From: a bacterium
Lineage (GTDB): Bacteria > Patescibacteriota > Minisyncoccia > Phycocordibacterales > Phycocordibacteraceae
Length of the DNA: 64,000 bases
Assembly (NCBI GenBank): GCA_021833245.1
Contig: JAKBGA010000001.1
Location: 7,466-71,465 of the forward strand
Direction: 5' to 3'
The notes beneath the pieces are model-generated. The model made no database searches, was not told the origin of the DNA, and saw only the letters and a list, made by a program, of their open reading frames with translations. Position 1 is the first letter of the stretch. Each line of letters starts with the position of its first letter. A program made the translations under genes and the position numbers. Positions 50,192 to 59,704 of this stretch are shown in pieces.

Positions 50192-50449
50192 AGGACAATT
50201 ACTCCTAGTAAGACTTTATTACCGTCCTAAAGTTTATCGAGTAAACAAGCCATATTTCTAAAAGTCGTAAAAACCTTCTATAAAGAGGGTTGATATATTT
50301 AATCTGACCGAAAAAAGTTGAGTTAAAGGAAAAAATTGTATCTAATTTTTAATTCTCAAATCCTATCTCTCTTGCTCTGAGTCGAATATTTGATACATTA
50401 CCTAGAACTATCTGCCGTGAATCGCTTAGAACTGTTAGGATGCTATTAA

Positions 50450-50520
50450 CGGGCCGGAGTATGCTGGCAGTACGCCTGCTTTGGGAGCAGGTAGACCGAG
50501 TTCGATTCTCGGCGGCCCGA
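50450..50520 (+). tRNA. tRNA-Pro (anticodon TGG), atypical core
   Basis: C1-G72 acceptor stem; cctgc-TT TGG GA-gcagg; ccgag-TTCGATT-ctcgg. Confidence 0.88.
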
Positions 50521-50523
50521 TTG

Positions 50524-51633
50524 TTATGGCATATGTGCAACTAAAATCGCCTCAAGTATGGAGATATTTGTTGTAAAATTGGTTATCGAGATTGCAACTG
50601 GTTCAGCAAGAAGAGAATTGAGTGTTCTACCAGTCTCCATTGCATAATCAGCACGAATATATGATTCAGTAATGGCACTGAGCTCGCGCGAGCTTGTATC
50701 GCCAGAAATCGTACTTGTAGTGATAGTACCCGCAAGTTCTCCGCTGGCATTCGCGACTCCTCCACCAGAAGACCCTTCCTGCGCTGCAACTGAACCGCCA
50801 AGTGCAAGTACGTCGATTGTGCTCGTCGCAAACGTGAATACGTTTTTTACTGAACCGAAGACGACCGTAGGGAAGAGGGAAGACTGCACTTGACTTGGCT
50901 CAAGAAACTGAGCCCCATAGGAGGCAATAACGATAGGTGTACCCGCGAGAAGCGGTTTAGTTGCAAGCGGTATGAAGTGAAATGAGGAAGGAAGTGCAGC
51001 AAGAGTCGCGCTCTTAGTAATAGCGAGGAGTGCGAAATCATACTGGCCAGTTCCGCTTGGTGCGGTTTCAGTAAGCAAGCCAGCATTAGCATTAATCCAT
51101 GCAGGTGAAATAAATATGAGTGCCGCGTTATAGCTGTCCGTGGCTGGACTTCCCGAACGGATGATGCAAGAAACGCCGCGATTCGCAAGAAGAAAGTATT
51201 GTGCAACATGGGCGTTTGTGAGAATAATTCCTTTGGGATCGATAATAACCCCACTGCCACTTATGGAGTGTAGACCACTTCCTATAGGTACGTAGCAAAT
51301 TATGTTCACGAGTGCAGCACGTAAGATGGACGCTGATGTATCAAGTGATATATTTCCAGATGGGGATGGGGCGCTAGAATTTCCTTGATCAGTCACTGAC
51401 GCTGTAACAACTCCCTTGTGTTGCGTAGAGATTGTTGTTGTTTCTTTTGCGGTGTGGCTTGAATTGGTATGTACCGGTGGAAAAAATATTGTCGATACTA
51501 GAGGTGTCAACGATACAGACTTTGACGAAGGAATAATATTTGGTGCTGTGAGCATATACCGAAAAAAAACGATTGAAAAACTTCCAAGAAGCAGTGCGAA
51601 CATCATCTTAAGAAGATAGTGCGTGAAGCGCAT
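50524..51633 (-). CDS. Membrane-anchored trypsin-like serine protease
   Basis: GSGVII, ILTNAHV, YDFALL, EGSSGG. Confidence 0.85.
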   Translation of the reverse strand: MRFTHYLLKMMFALLLGSFSIVFFRYMLTAPNIIPSSKSVSLTPLVSTIFFPPVHTNSSHTAKETTTISTQHKGVVTASVTDQGNSSAPSPSGNISLDTSASILRAALVNIICYVPIGSGLHSISGSGVIIDPKGIILTNAHVAQYFLLANRGVSCIIRSGSPATDSYNAALIFISPAWINANAGLLTETAPSGTGQYDFALLAITKSATLAALPSSFHFIPLATKPLLAGTPIVIASYGAQFLEPSQVQSSLFPTVVFGSVKNVFTFATSTIDVLALGGSVAAQEGSSGGGVANASGELAGTITTSTISGDTSSRELSAITESYIRADYAMETGRTLNSLLAEPVAISITNFTTNISILEAILVAHMP

Positions 51634-51672
51634 TGTTCATACGCTATCCTAAAAATGGTATTCTCGCACTAT

Positions 51673-51744
51673 GCGGGCGTGGTCTAACGGCTATGACGGC
51701 TGCCTTCCAAGCAGTCAGCGCGGGTTCGACTCCCGCCGCCCGCA
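51673..51744 (+). tRNA. tRNA-Gly (anticodon TCC)
   Basis: Cloverleaf; gctgc-CT TCC AA-gcagt; GGTTCGACTCC. Confidence 0.92.
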
Positions 51745-51926
51745 CCGCGTAAAAAAGCCAATTGCGGAATTCATTTTCGCTCTGGTTTCCCACTTTTTAT
51801 AAAATTTAGATCAGAGTCATAATTTTATAAATTAGTTATTCTTTAAGTATTCATTCGTGAATTTTTTCATTTAATGCTACTCAGGAAAAACTGAAAATTG
51901 TTAAATGACTTATAATAAAACATTAT

Positions 51927-53105
51927 ATGTCCAGAGAATCGCTTGAAGGTCGGTCCTGCTCTAATGCGGGGTATACTCAAAAAGATCGAACGGGAGATTC
52001 GACGGGTAACCATGAATTGGTCCAGAGCCACGACGAGATACGTAATGCACGCGCAATTGAGATTGCGGGAGAAGGGAACTATGCAAAAATAATCGACTCA
52101 TTACGACAGGAGGGTCTTCTTGATAAAGAAAGTGAGCGTGTAAGACATGTGTATGCTCTCGATAAAATCCCGTTCTTAACTAAAAAAGATGAGGAAATGT
52201 TTACCGTCCTCGAACTCTATGATGTCGAGACAGCGAGACATTGTCTCGATACTTACAGGATTGCGCAAGACAAGATGAGTGTGGAGATCCTGCCTGGTGT
52301 AATACTCGAACACCTTCTACAAGAAGACGAGGGAATTTCACTTGAGCAATTCTACCGCGCATGCCTCTTCCATGACATTGGGAAAGTCGAGGTGATACGC
52401 CAGGTTATACAGCACGAGATGGGGGATGGCGCGATGCTTGGTTGCTTACATCGTGTTTATCACGACCTTTATGTTAAGAAGAGAATTCCGGGGTCGCTTG
52501 GACTCACGGAAAATCCTACAAATGCCGCACTCGCTGAAGCGCTTGAGGTTCATCATATACGTCCCATATACCTTGTTCCAGCGCGAGAGGTTCTTTCTGA
52601 AAAAGATCTTACCGAGCTCAAGCGTTTTGGGCTTTCTGGTGATGAGACGCTTATGGAGATAATCATGAAACATGAGCAGGTGTCAGGAGATATCCTCAAG
52701 GCCGCCGGGTTCCCTGTTGAGGCATACCTTGCGGCGCACCACCATAATTACAACAGAGAGCCACTTCAGTACCCGATCGCGGTTGGTACGTTGCATATAA
52801 GCATCGATTTCGCAGACATACTCCACATGGCCGATGTTACTGAGGCGGTCTCCTCTTTAGGCCGTAAATATCGTAAGACGTTCAGCATACCGCAAACAAT
52901 GCGAGTCATTGTTGAACATGTCGAGGACGGGAAAATTTCCCCATTCGCAGCTTATCTATGGTTAACAGACGAATTACGGAAATATGAGGATAATTTGATA
53001 GTGTCTGGTGACGCGCTGAATGACAGGGATGTTAAAAATCTCGCATTCGTCCGTTCTTTTCTCGAAAAAGAAAATGATATGCTCCCGTTAAAACAATCGC
53101 GGTGA
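51927..53105 (+). CDS. HD-domain phosphohydrolase, HD-GYP-like
   Basis: RHC, FHDIGK, KHE, HHH, ADVTEA, RKY. Confidence 0.72.
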   Translation: MSRESLEGRSCSNAGYTQKDRTGDSTGNHELVQSHDEIRNARAIEIAGEGNYAKIIDSLRQEGLLDKESERVRHVYALDKIPFLTKKDEEMFTVLELYDVETARHCLDTYRIAQDKMSVEILPGVILEHLLQEDEGISLEQFYRACLFHDIGKVEVIRQVIQHEMGDGAMLGCLHRVYHDLYVKKRIPGSLGLTENPTNAALAEALEVHHIRPIYLVPAREVLSEKDLTELKRFGLSGDETLMEIIMKHEQVSGDILKAAGFPVEAYLAAHHHNYNREPLQYPIAVGTLHISIDFADILHMADVTEAVSSLGRKYRKTFSIPQTMRVIVEHVEDGKISPFAAYLWLTDELRKYEDNLIVSGDALNDRDVKNLAFVRSFLEKENDMLPLKQSR

Positions 53106-53187
53106 TTAATCGCAAGTAACGAGTTTAGATTGCGCTAATTATAAATAAACCAATACTGCTAGATGTTTTTGGTTTTTATAAGGGGAA

Positions 53188-53637
53188 TCATTCAATGATG
53201 CACGTACCGGCTGTACCATTACATAAGAAGCCGCCGCATTTTTCGCACTCCATCTTAAAGACGGAGAAACGCCCGCTACCGATGAGCGCAACAGCAAGAG
53301 AGACCATTGCGAGGTAAAACTCAATCCCGGGTCCATGACCAAAACCAACGATAAACGTGGCGACTAACATCTCTATACTGAAGAGTAGCGCGAAAAATCG
53401 CGTTGCGATGCCAAGAATAAGTGCCAAACCACCGATGAGTTCAAGCAAGGAGATGAAATAGGCGATTGGGGCTGAAAAACCCATATGAGCAAACATACCT
53501 ATGGTATTCCCCATGTTATTTACCTTCATCCAACCATGGAAAAAAAATATTAAACCTGTTGCTACTCGCAGAAGAAGAAGCCCGAATGCACGTTGATAGA
53601 AGTATCTGCTTATTGCATTTGCGGTATCAGTAAGCAT
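53188..53637 (-). CDS. DoxX family membrane protein
   Basis: LLLRV..G.IFFFHG..K, ELIGGL.LILG..TR, GSGRFS. Confidence 0.88.
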   Translation of the reverse strand: MLTDTANAISRYFYQRAFGLLLLRVATGLIFFFHGWMKVNNMGNTIGMFAHMGFSAPIAYFISLLELIGGLALILGIATRFFALLFSIEMLVATFIVGFGHGPGIEFYLAMVSLAVALIGSGRFSVFKMECEKCGGFLCNGTAGTCIIE

Positions 53638-53682
53638 ATGTCATTCATTAATTTGTTGGTGAGTAAGTACATTGAAACGAGA

Positions 53683-54003
53683 TTATTTTATCACCCTCAT
53701 TCCTAATTTTTCCCATTCCCCAAATCCTCCATTGAGATTATAACAATTGGTAAAACCAATCTCTTCCATCATTCGTACAGTCTTACTTGAACGACCACCA
53801 CTTGCACAGTAAACGATGTAGTTTTTTGAGCGGTCCAGCTTTTCAATTTCAGACCTGAAGTTCTTATCATAAAAATCTATATTATCACTCCCTTCTATGT
53901 ATCCAAACATACGCTCTTCGGGGGTCCGCACATCAAGAACACATACATTGCCTTCATTTATCCTCTTCTCCAAATCCACGACAGTTATATCACCATATTT
54001 CAT
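53683..54003 (-). CDS. Rhodanese-like sulfurtransferase
   Basis: LDVRTPEE, YCASGGRS, LNGGF.EW. Confidence 0.88.
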   Translation of the reverse strand: MKYGDITVVDLEKRINEGNVCVLDVRTPEERMFGYIEGSDNIDFYDKNFRSEIEKLDRSKNYIVYCASGGRSSKTVRMMEEIGFTNCYNLNGGFGEWEKLGMRVIK

Positions 54004-54037
54004 AATGAACATATTAACACAAATAACAGTTCTCATG

Positions 54038-54078
54038 AAAAGACAACACGGCACTATGTGTGTGCCGTGTTGTCTTTT
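54038..54078 (-). terminator. Terminator downstream of HU
   Basis: aaaagacaacacggcac...gtgccgtgttgtctttt. Confidence 0.75.
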
Positions 54079-54091
54079 AAAACACGAAACC

Positions 54092-54364
54092 TTATTTCAC
54101 CGCATCCTTAAGCGCCTTTGCGGCACGGAATTTCGCCGTACGAGAAGCTGCAATGTGAATTGTCTCGCCTGTGCGGGGGTTGCGACCTTCACGCGCCGGA
54201 CGTGCCTTTGTTGCGAAAATGCCAAGACCAGCAATTGACACCTCTTCCCCGGACTTGAGGCCGGAAACGACCGCATCTATAACTGTCTCAACTGCACGCT
54301 CCGCGTCAGCTTTTGTCGTTCCGAGCACGCCATGCACCTTGTCTACAATGTCTGCTTTATTCAT
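54092..54364 (-). CDS. hup: DNA-binding protein HU
   Basis: MNKADI, GLGIF, REGRNPRTGE. Confidence 0.95.
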   Translation of the reverse strand: MNKADIVDKVHGVLGTTKADAERAVETVIDAVVSGLKSGEEVSIAGLGIFATKARPAREGRNPRTGETIHIAASRTAKFRAAKALKDAVK

Positions 54365-54478
54365 GAGTATCTTCTAATTACTAATCCCACGGCCTGTCTT
54401 GGGTGGGCATGAAAGAAAGTATAGAAAACGAGCCATATTTCGCAATAGGCTTGCCAAGGAAACGTTGATAACGTGAAA

Positions 54479-55993
54479 TCACCGTGCAAATTCAACGACA
54501 CGATTTTCACGAATGACATTTACCTTGATTTCTCCAGGATATTTCAATTCTGCCTGTATACGTTTCGCTATGTCACGTGCAAGCGTGTGCATTGCGATAT
54601 CTGAAATCTTGCCTGGATTCACAAAGATACGTATCTCACGCCCTGCCGCGATAGCGTAAACTTTTTCAACGCCCTCAAAAGCTGATGTAAGCCGTTCAAG
54701 GTCACCGAGGCGCTCCAAGTAACGATCAACGGTGTCGCGACGTGCACCTGGGCGACTACTTGATATCGCGTCGGCAACCTGCACAATGACCGACTCTGGC
54801 GTTTCGTATGGATACTCTTCATGATGCGATTGCATGGCGCAAATGATGCGCTTATCGACACCAAATTTTTCTAAAATACGTCGTCCTATTTCTACATGGG
54901 TACCTTCAACCTCGTGATCAACTGCTTTCCCGATGTCATGTAGCAATGCCCCCGCGCGCGCGATAACTACATCAGCATGAAGCTCTGCTGCGAGCATCCC
55001 AGCAATATGTGCCATTTCAACTGAATGTTGAAGCACATTTTGTCCATAACTGGTACGAAAATGGAGGCGCCCGAGAAGTGCGATGAGTTTTGGATCAAGA
55101 CCTACAACACCGACCTCGTACGCTGCAGCCTCACCCTTTTGCTTTATGATGTCTGCAACCTCAGCACGAGTTTTCTTTATTGTTTCTTCTATCTTTGTAG
55201 GTTGGATACGGCCGTCAGTAATAAGCTTTTCGAGTGCAATCTTTGCAATAGCACGACGAAGTGGGTCAAATGAAGAGAGTGTTATCTTATCTGGCTCATC
55301 ATCGATGAGAACATCAACACCAGTGGCGCGTTCGAAAGCTTTTATATTACGGCCTTCCTTGCCAATTATCTTCCCCTTCACATCATCTGAAGGTAAGGTG
55401 ATTGAAAGGGACATGACTTCTGCATTTACCGCGTTTCCAAGACGATGGATAATGGTTGTTAGAATGTCACGTGCCTTATCCTCAAGCCGTTCTCGACCAT
55501 GCGCTTCAAGTTTCTGTAAGCGCATGAGGATCGCTTCTTCATAGGTATGTTCTATTTCTAAAAAAAGTTCCTCAAGGGCCTTTTTCTCAGAAAAATGCGC
55601 GATTTTTGCGAGTTCCTTGGCACGCTCGGCAGAAAGATTTTCTGCCTCATTTTTTGCACGTATTGTTTCCTGTTCGCGTACCCGTGCGCTATCTTCCTTC
55701 TCATCAAGATCACGTTGACGTGAATCCAGAAACTCTTCTCGTGATGCGAGACGCTCCTCCCGTGCGACAATCTTTTCTTCGCGTTCTTCAATAGGAGCAA
55801 GGCACTCTGTCTCAAGAACAGCGCTTCGGAATTCAGCATCAGCTATTATTCGAGCTGCTTGTTCTTTTGTATGAAGTAATTTCTGCCTTATATCGAGCTC
55901 GACTGAACCGCGTTGAGCAAGCCCAATGAGAACACGCAGAACGTATCCAAGTGCAATACCGCCCACGCCCGAGAGGGCAAGCATTATTAACAC
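54479..55993 (-). CDS. rny: Ribonuclease Y
   Basis: N-terminal TM, coiled coil, KH (KGKIIGKEGRNI), RTSYGQN, HDIGK. Confidence 0.96.
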   Translation of the reverse strand: MLIMLALSGVGGIALGYVLRVLIGLAQRGSVELDIRQKLLHTKEQAARIIADAEFRSAVLETECLAPIEEREEKIVAREERLASREEFLDSRQRDLDEKEDSARVREQETIRAKNEAENLSAERAKELAKIAHFSEKKALEELFLEIEHTYEEAILMRLQKLEAHGRERLEDKARDILTTIIHRLGNAVNAEVMSLSITLPSDDVKGKIIGKEGRNIKAFERATGVDVLIDDEPDKITLSSFDPLRRAIAKIALEKLITDGRIQPTKIEETIKKTRAEVADIIKQKGEAAAYEVGVVGLDPKLIALLGRLHFRTSYGQNVLQHSVEMAHIAGMLAAELHADVVIARAGALLHDIGKAVDHEVEGTHVEIGRRILEKFGVDKRIICAMQSHHEEYPYETPESVIVQVADAISSSRPGARRDTVDRYLERLGDLERLTSAFEGVEKVYAIAAGREIRIFVNPGKISDIAMHTLARDIAKRIQAELKYPGEIKVNVIRENRVVEFAR

Positions 55994-56189
55994 AATTTTG
56001 AGTGAAATAAGCCTATTCGATTATGCCTGTCTCGCACCCGCGCAACAGGGGGGAGATTAAATGTGAAAAAGGGGACAGAAAACGCTCAAATTGGTCAGTC
56101 GGTGAGGCGGGATGAAGAAACCTTAACATAAAATCTTGTGTGGTTCATCTGCGTAAGCTTTTATTTCTCATGTGTTGTGTGCGCTTAGT

Positions 56190-56792
56190 TTATTTGTATA
56201 CCTGATCAATGAGGCCATATTTTTTTGCCTCATCTGCAGTCATGAAGAAATCACGTTCGACGTCTTTCTCTATTTTTTCGAACGGCTGTCCTGTATTCTT
56301 CGCAAGGATTTTATTGAGTCGTTCACGAAGCTTCAGAATCTGTTTTGCGGTAATCTCGATATCAGTCGCTTGGCCCTCGGCACCGCCATGTGGTTGGTGG
56401 ATCATTACTTCAGCATTCGGAAGTGCAAAACGCTTACCTTTCTCACCCGCAGAAAGCAGGATTGCGGCCCCTGAAGCCGCCATACCGACGCATACGGTCG
56501 AAACCGCTGGTTTTACATGATTCATCGTATCTACCATTGCCAATGTCGATGTAACCGAACCGCCGGGAGAATTTATATAGAACAGAATGTCCTTCTTTGG
56601 GTCCTCTGCCTCTAGGAAAAGAAGTTGTGCGATGACAAGATTTGCAACATCATCATCTATGGGACCTCCGAGAAAAACTATACGATCCTTGAGAAGACGC
56701 GAGTAAATGTCATAGGCACGCTCACCAAATTGACTTTTCTCGATAACCATCGGAACAAGCATAGAAGCACGTGGTTGTTTTTGTATGTTCAT
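56190..56792 (-). CDS. clpP: ATP-dependent Clp protease proteolytic subunit
   Basis: [27 protein letters not shown]. Confidence 0.97.
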   Translation of the reverse strand: MNIQKQPRASMLVPMVIEKSQFGERAYDIYSRLLKDRIVFLGGPIDDDVANLVIAQLLFLEAEDPKKDILFYINSPGGSVTSTLAMVDTMNHVKPAVSTVCVGMAASGAAILLSAGEKGKRFALPNAEVMIHQPHGGAEGQATDIEITAKQILKLRERLNKILAKNTGQPFEKIEKDVERDFFMTADEAKKYGLIDQVYK

Positions 56793-56812
56793 AATTAAAA
56801 ATAATTTTGTAT

Positions 56813-57016
56813 TTATTTATTTTGCACGGTTGTTGGTACGTTAAACGTGTTTTCCTGAGTAATTCGATTGCTCCAGGAATAAAATGCACCCGTAATAATC
56901 ATGAGTACGATGATAATGATGGAAATAATGACCCCCCAGGACTGGGCTTTTCGTGACGGTATTTCTGGCAGGATTGTGCGATTCGGCGGGGTAGTGGGGG
57001 GTTCATTATATTCCAT
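56813..57016 (-). CDS. Small single-TM protein
   Basis: [29 protein letters not shown]; overlaps end of ppa. Confidence 0.65.
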   Translation of the reverse strand: MEYNEPPTTPPNRTILPEIPSRKAQSWGVIISIIIIVLMIITGAFYSWSNRITQENTFNVPTTVQNK

Positions 57017-57551
57017 GATGTTCCTTACTTGATGCGCGTGAATCACGGTACATTTTGAGTGCGCGATCGTATGCAGCGATCGCTGCCAAGTGCCCCTCAA
57101 AATCTCCCACGACGACTTCTTTGTTCTGGATCTGTTTATAAGTCGAAAAGAAATGCGCAATTTCTTTCAATACGTGTTGATTTGCGTCACTAATATCTTT
57201 TATAGAAGCGTAGCGAGGGTCGCCTGCCGCAACTGCGATTATTTTTTCATCTGCTTCACCGCCATCAGTCATATGCATGATGCCAACTGGGCGGGCAGAG
57301 ACAAGAATGCCGGGCACGAGTGGATACGTGGTTAGAAGAACGACATCTAAGGCATCACCATCATCCCAGAGTGACTGGGGCACAAAACCATAATCAAATG
57401 GATAATTCTGCGCACTGTGCATGACACGATCGAGTTTGATAATTCCAGTCTTCTTATCGATTTCGTATTTATTGTGCGAATCTTTTGGAATTTCCACAAT
57501 GACATTCATTTCTTCCTTGGTGCCAGGGTCAATGTCATGCAATAAATTCAT
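57006..57551 (-). CDS. ppa: Inorganic pyrophosphatase (family I)
   Basis: KYE, DR, YG, DDGDALDV, DEKI. Confidence 0.94.
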   Translation of the reverse strand: MNLLHDIDPGTKEEMNVIVEIPKDSHNKYEIDKKTGIIKLDRVMHSAQNYPFDYGFVPQSLWDDGDALDVVLLTTYPLVPGILVSARPVGIMHMTDGGEADEKIIAVAAGDPRYASIKDISDANQHVLKEIAHFFSTYKQIQNKEVVVGDFEGHLAAIAAYDRALKMYRDSRASSKEHHGI

Positions 57552-57598
57552 ATTTGGTAATTATACCGCATCCTAAATTTTTTCAAAAGCTGACAACT

Positions 57599-58960
57599 CT
57601 ATCCATCTTTTGCCTTATCGCGATCTTCCTCCGCATCAGCAACAGTCTCGTCGCTATCAGGGAGATTGACTAACTCCTCCTCAGCGGGAAGCTCTGTTGT
57701 CTCTGTAATCTTGTCCGTAATAATTTCGGTGCTCTCGGTCGACATAATGCCAGCCTCTTCTGCGGTACTTCCTTCAGAAGGGCTAACGACGACCATCTCT
57801 CCGTCGGACTCTGCAACCTCGGTGCCGCCTGCTGAAACTATATCAATGTTCCACCCAGTGAGTTTTGCCGCAAGACGCACATTCTGACCACCACGACCAA
57901 TGGCAAGTGATTGTTCATCTTCAGCAACGGTGACTGTTGCACGATGGCCAACTTCGTCAAGCACTAACTCAAGTGGGGTAGCTGGAGAGAGGGCTTCTTT
58001 TACAAATTCTCTCGCATCGCTATTCCATTCAATGATATCAATACGCTCACCACCTAATTCACTCATTACCGTGGAAACACGCACACCGCGTTGACCAACA
58101 AGTGAACCGACTGGGTCGACGTGAGGATCAAGTGATGCGAGAGCGATTTTTGTACGACTACCCGGTTCACGCGCGAGTGCCTTCACCTCGATAGATCCCG
58201 CTGCAAGTTCTGGTGCTTCGAGCTCAAAAAGCTTCACTACAAATTGCGGATGTGCCCGGGAAAGCCGCAGGTATACGCCACGAAAACCTTCGTCCACCGC
58301 ATAAAGGTAAGCACGAATACGCTCACCAATACGATAGCGTTCACCTGGAATTTGTTCTTCATATGAAATGATACCGGTCGTGCGCCCAAGATCAACGAAA
58401 ATTGCCCCGCGCTCCATACGCTGGACAATCCCGCCCACAATTTGGCCTTTTTTCTCACCGAATTCTTCCATCATGGAGAGCTTTTCTGCCTCACGGACTT
58501 TCTGAATGACAACCTGCTTAGCGGTCTGTGCGGCAATACGACCGAAGTCATCTTGTGGCTCGAGTGGAAAAACAATCTCTTCACCGACAGAAACACCGCG
58601 TTTTATAAGTTTCGCATCATTTATGCGAATATGTTTTTCTGGATCAAAGCGGGGTAATTCACCTTCAGCAAGGTGCTCCTCTTCACCGTGAAATGAGCGT
58701 GCATGCGTCGATATTTCTGGTCCTTCATCAGGAGTATGAAAACGAACCGTTGTGTCATCTACAACGGTTTTTATTTGCTCAAAAGAGATTGTTCCTGTGT
58801 TGAGATTGAGTTTGGCATGAACGATTTGTCCACGTTTACCGTATTCACGCTTATACGCTGTCGCCATCGCACTCTCAATAGCATCAATCATCGTCGCGCG
58901 ACTGATACCACGATCTTCGAACTCCCCAAGTACTGTATTGATAGTTTTCAAATCAATCAT
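57599..58960 (-). CDS. nusA: Transcription factor NusA (acidic tail)
   Basis: FGRIAAQTAKQ, REPGSRTK, AIGRGGQNVRLAAKLTGW; start trimmed to MIDL. Confidence 0.97.
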   Translation of the reverse strand: MIDLKTINTVLGEFEDRGISRATMIDAIESAMATAYKREYGKRGQIVHAKLNLNTGTISFEQIKTVVDDTTVRFHTPDEGPEISTHARSFHGEEEHLAEGELPRFDPEKHIRINDAKLIKRGVSVGEEIVFPLEPQDDFGRIAAQTAKQVVIQKVREAEKLSMMEEFGEKKGQIVGGIVQRMERGAIFVDLGRTTGIISYEEQIPGERYRIGERIRAYLYAVDEGFRGVYLRLSRAHPQFVVKLFELEAPELAAGSIEVKALAREPGSRTKIALASLDPHVDPVGSLVGQRGVRVSTVMSELGGERIDIIEWNSDAREFVKEALSPATPLELVLDEVGHRATVTVAEDEQSLAIGRGGQNVRLAAKLTGWNIDIVSAGGTEVAESDGEMVVVSPSEGSTAEEAGIMSTESTEIITDKITETTELPAEEELVNLPDSDETVADAEEDRDKAKDG

Positions 58961-59704
58961 ATGGAATATGTATGTAGCACCTTCTAAAAAGAAAGACCGC
59001 GCCGCGGACATTTCAGATATTATCAGGATACCAGGTGCTGGTTATATGTCAACTTAGCCGCTTGAATTCTAATTTGAAACGCAACATGCCTTTTTGAAAA
59101 TCGCGCAGAGAATACGCCAGCAAAGACTCGCGTGGCGTATGGCTCATGAAGTTCGCCACCTCATCGAGATCTTCTTGAGACTTGAGACACATGAGCCATA
59201 GCATCCCTCAATAGTCGCAGAAATCTCGTATCGCCTCGCGTAATCGGTGTGCATGAAGGTGGCGCCATATTGCCCCCGAAGACACCGATGCTCATATGAT
59301 CTCGGCGGTGCCTGAGAAAGATTACAAATCGAGCAAACGAACTTCGTTCAAATTTGCCTGCCCACGACTTCGAGCCCATACCATCTTCGTTTCTTCCTGT
59401 TCTGCAGCAGATGCTACTTACAGTTAATGCAACAAGAAATATCCACTGCAATGGTTAAGTCGTTCAACGTTCCTGTCGTACCTGCGGATATGCACTTTCA
59501 ACGCTTCAGCATTTGTTGCATTTCAAGAGGGAATTCAGTCCGTAATGTTTCATTAACTTATGAATACGCTAGGATAGTGAGGGGGTTGATTTTGGACATC
59601 TCCTAGATTAGGTTCCTGTCTCGGTAGATAACTCATAAAATAATATCGTGATACACGTCTGTATGTCGCAATAATACTACTGCGATAGTCTATAATTAAA
59701 AAGC

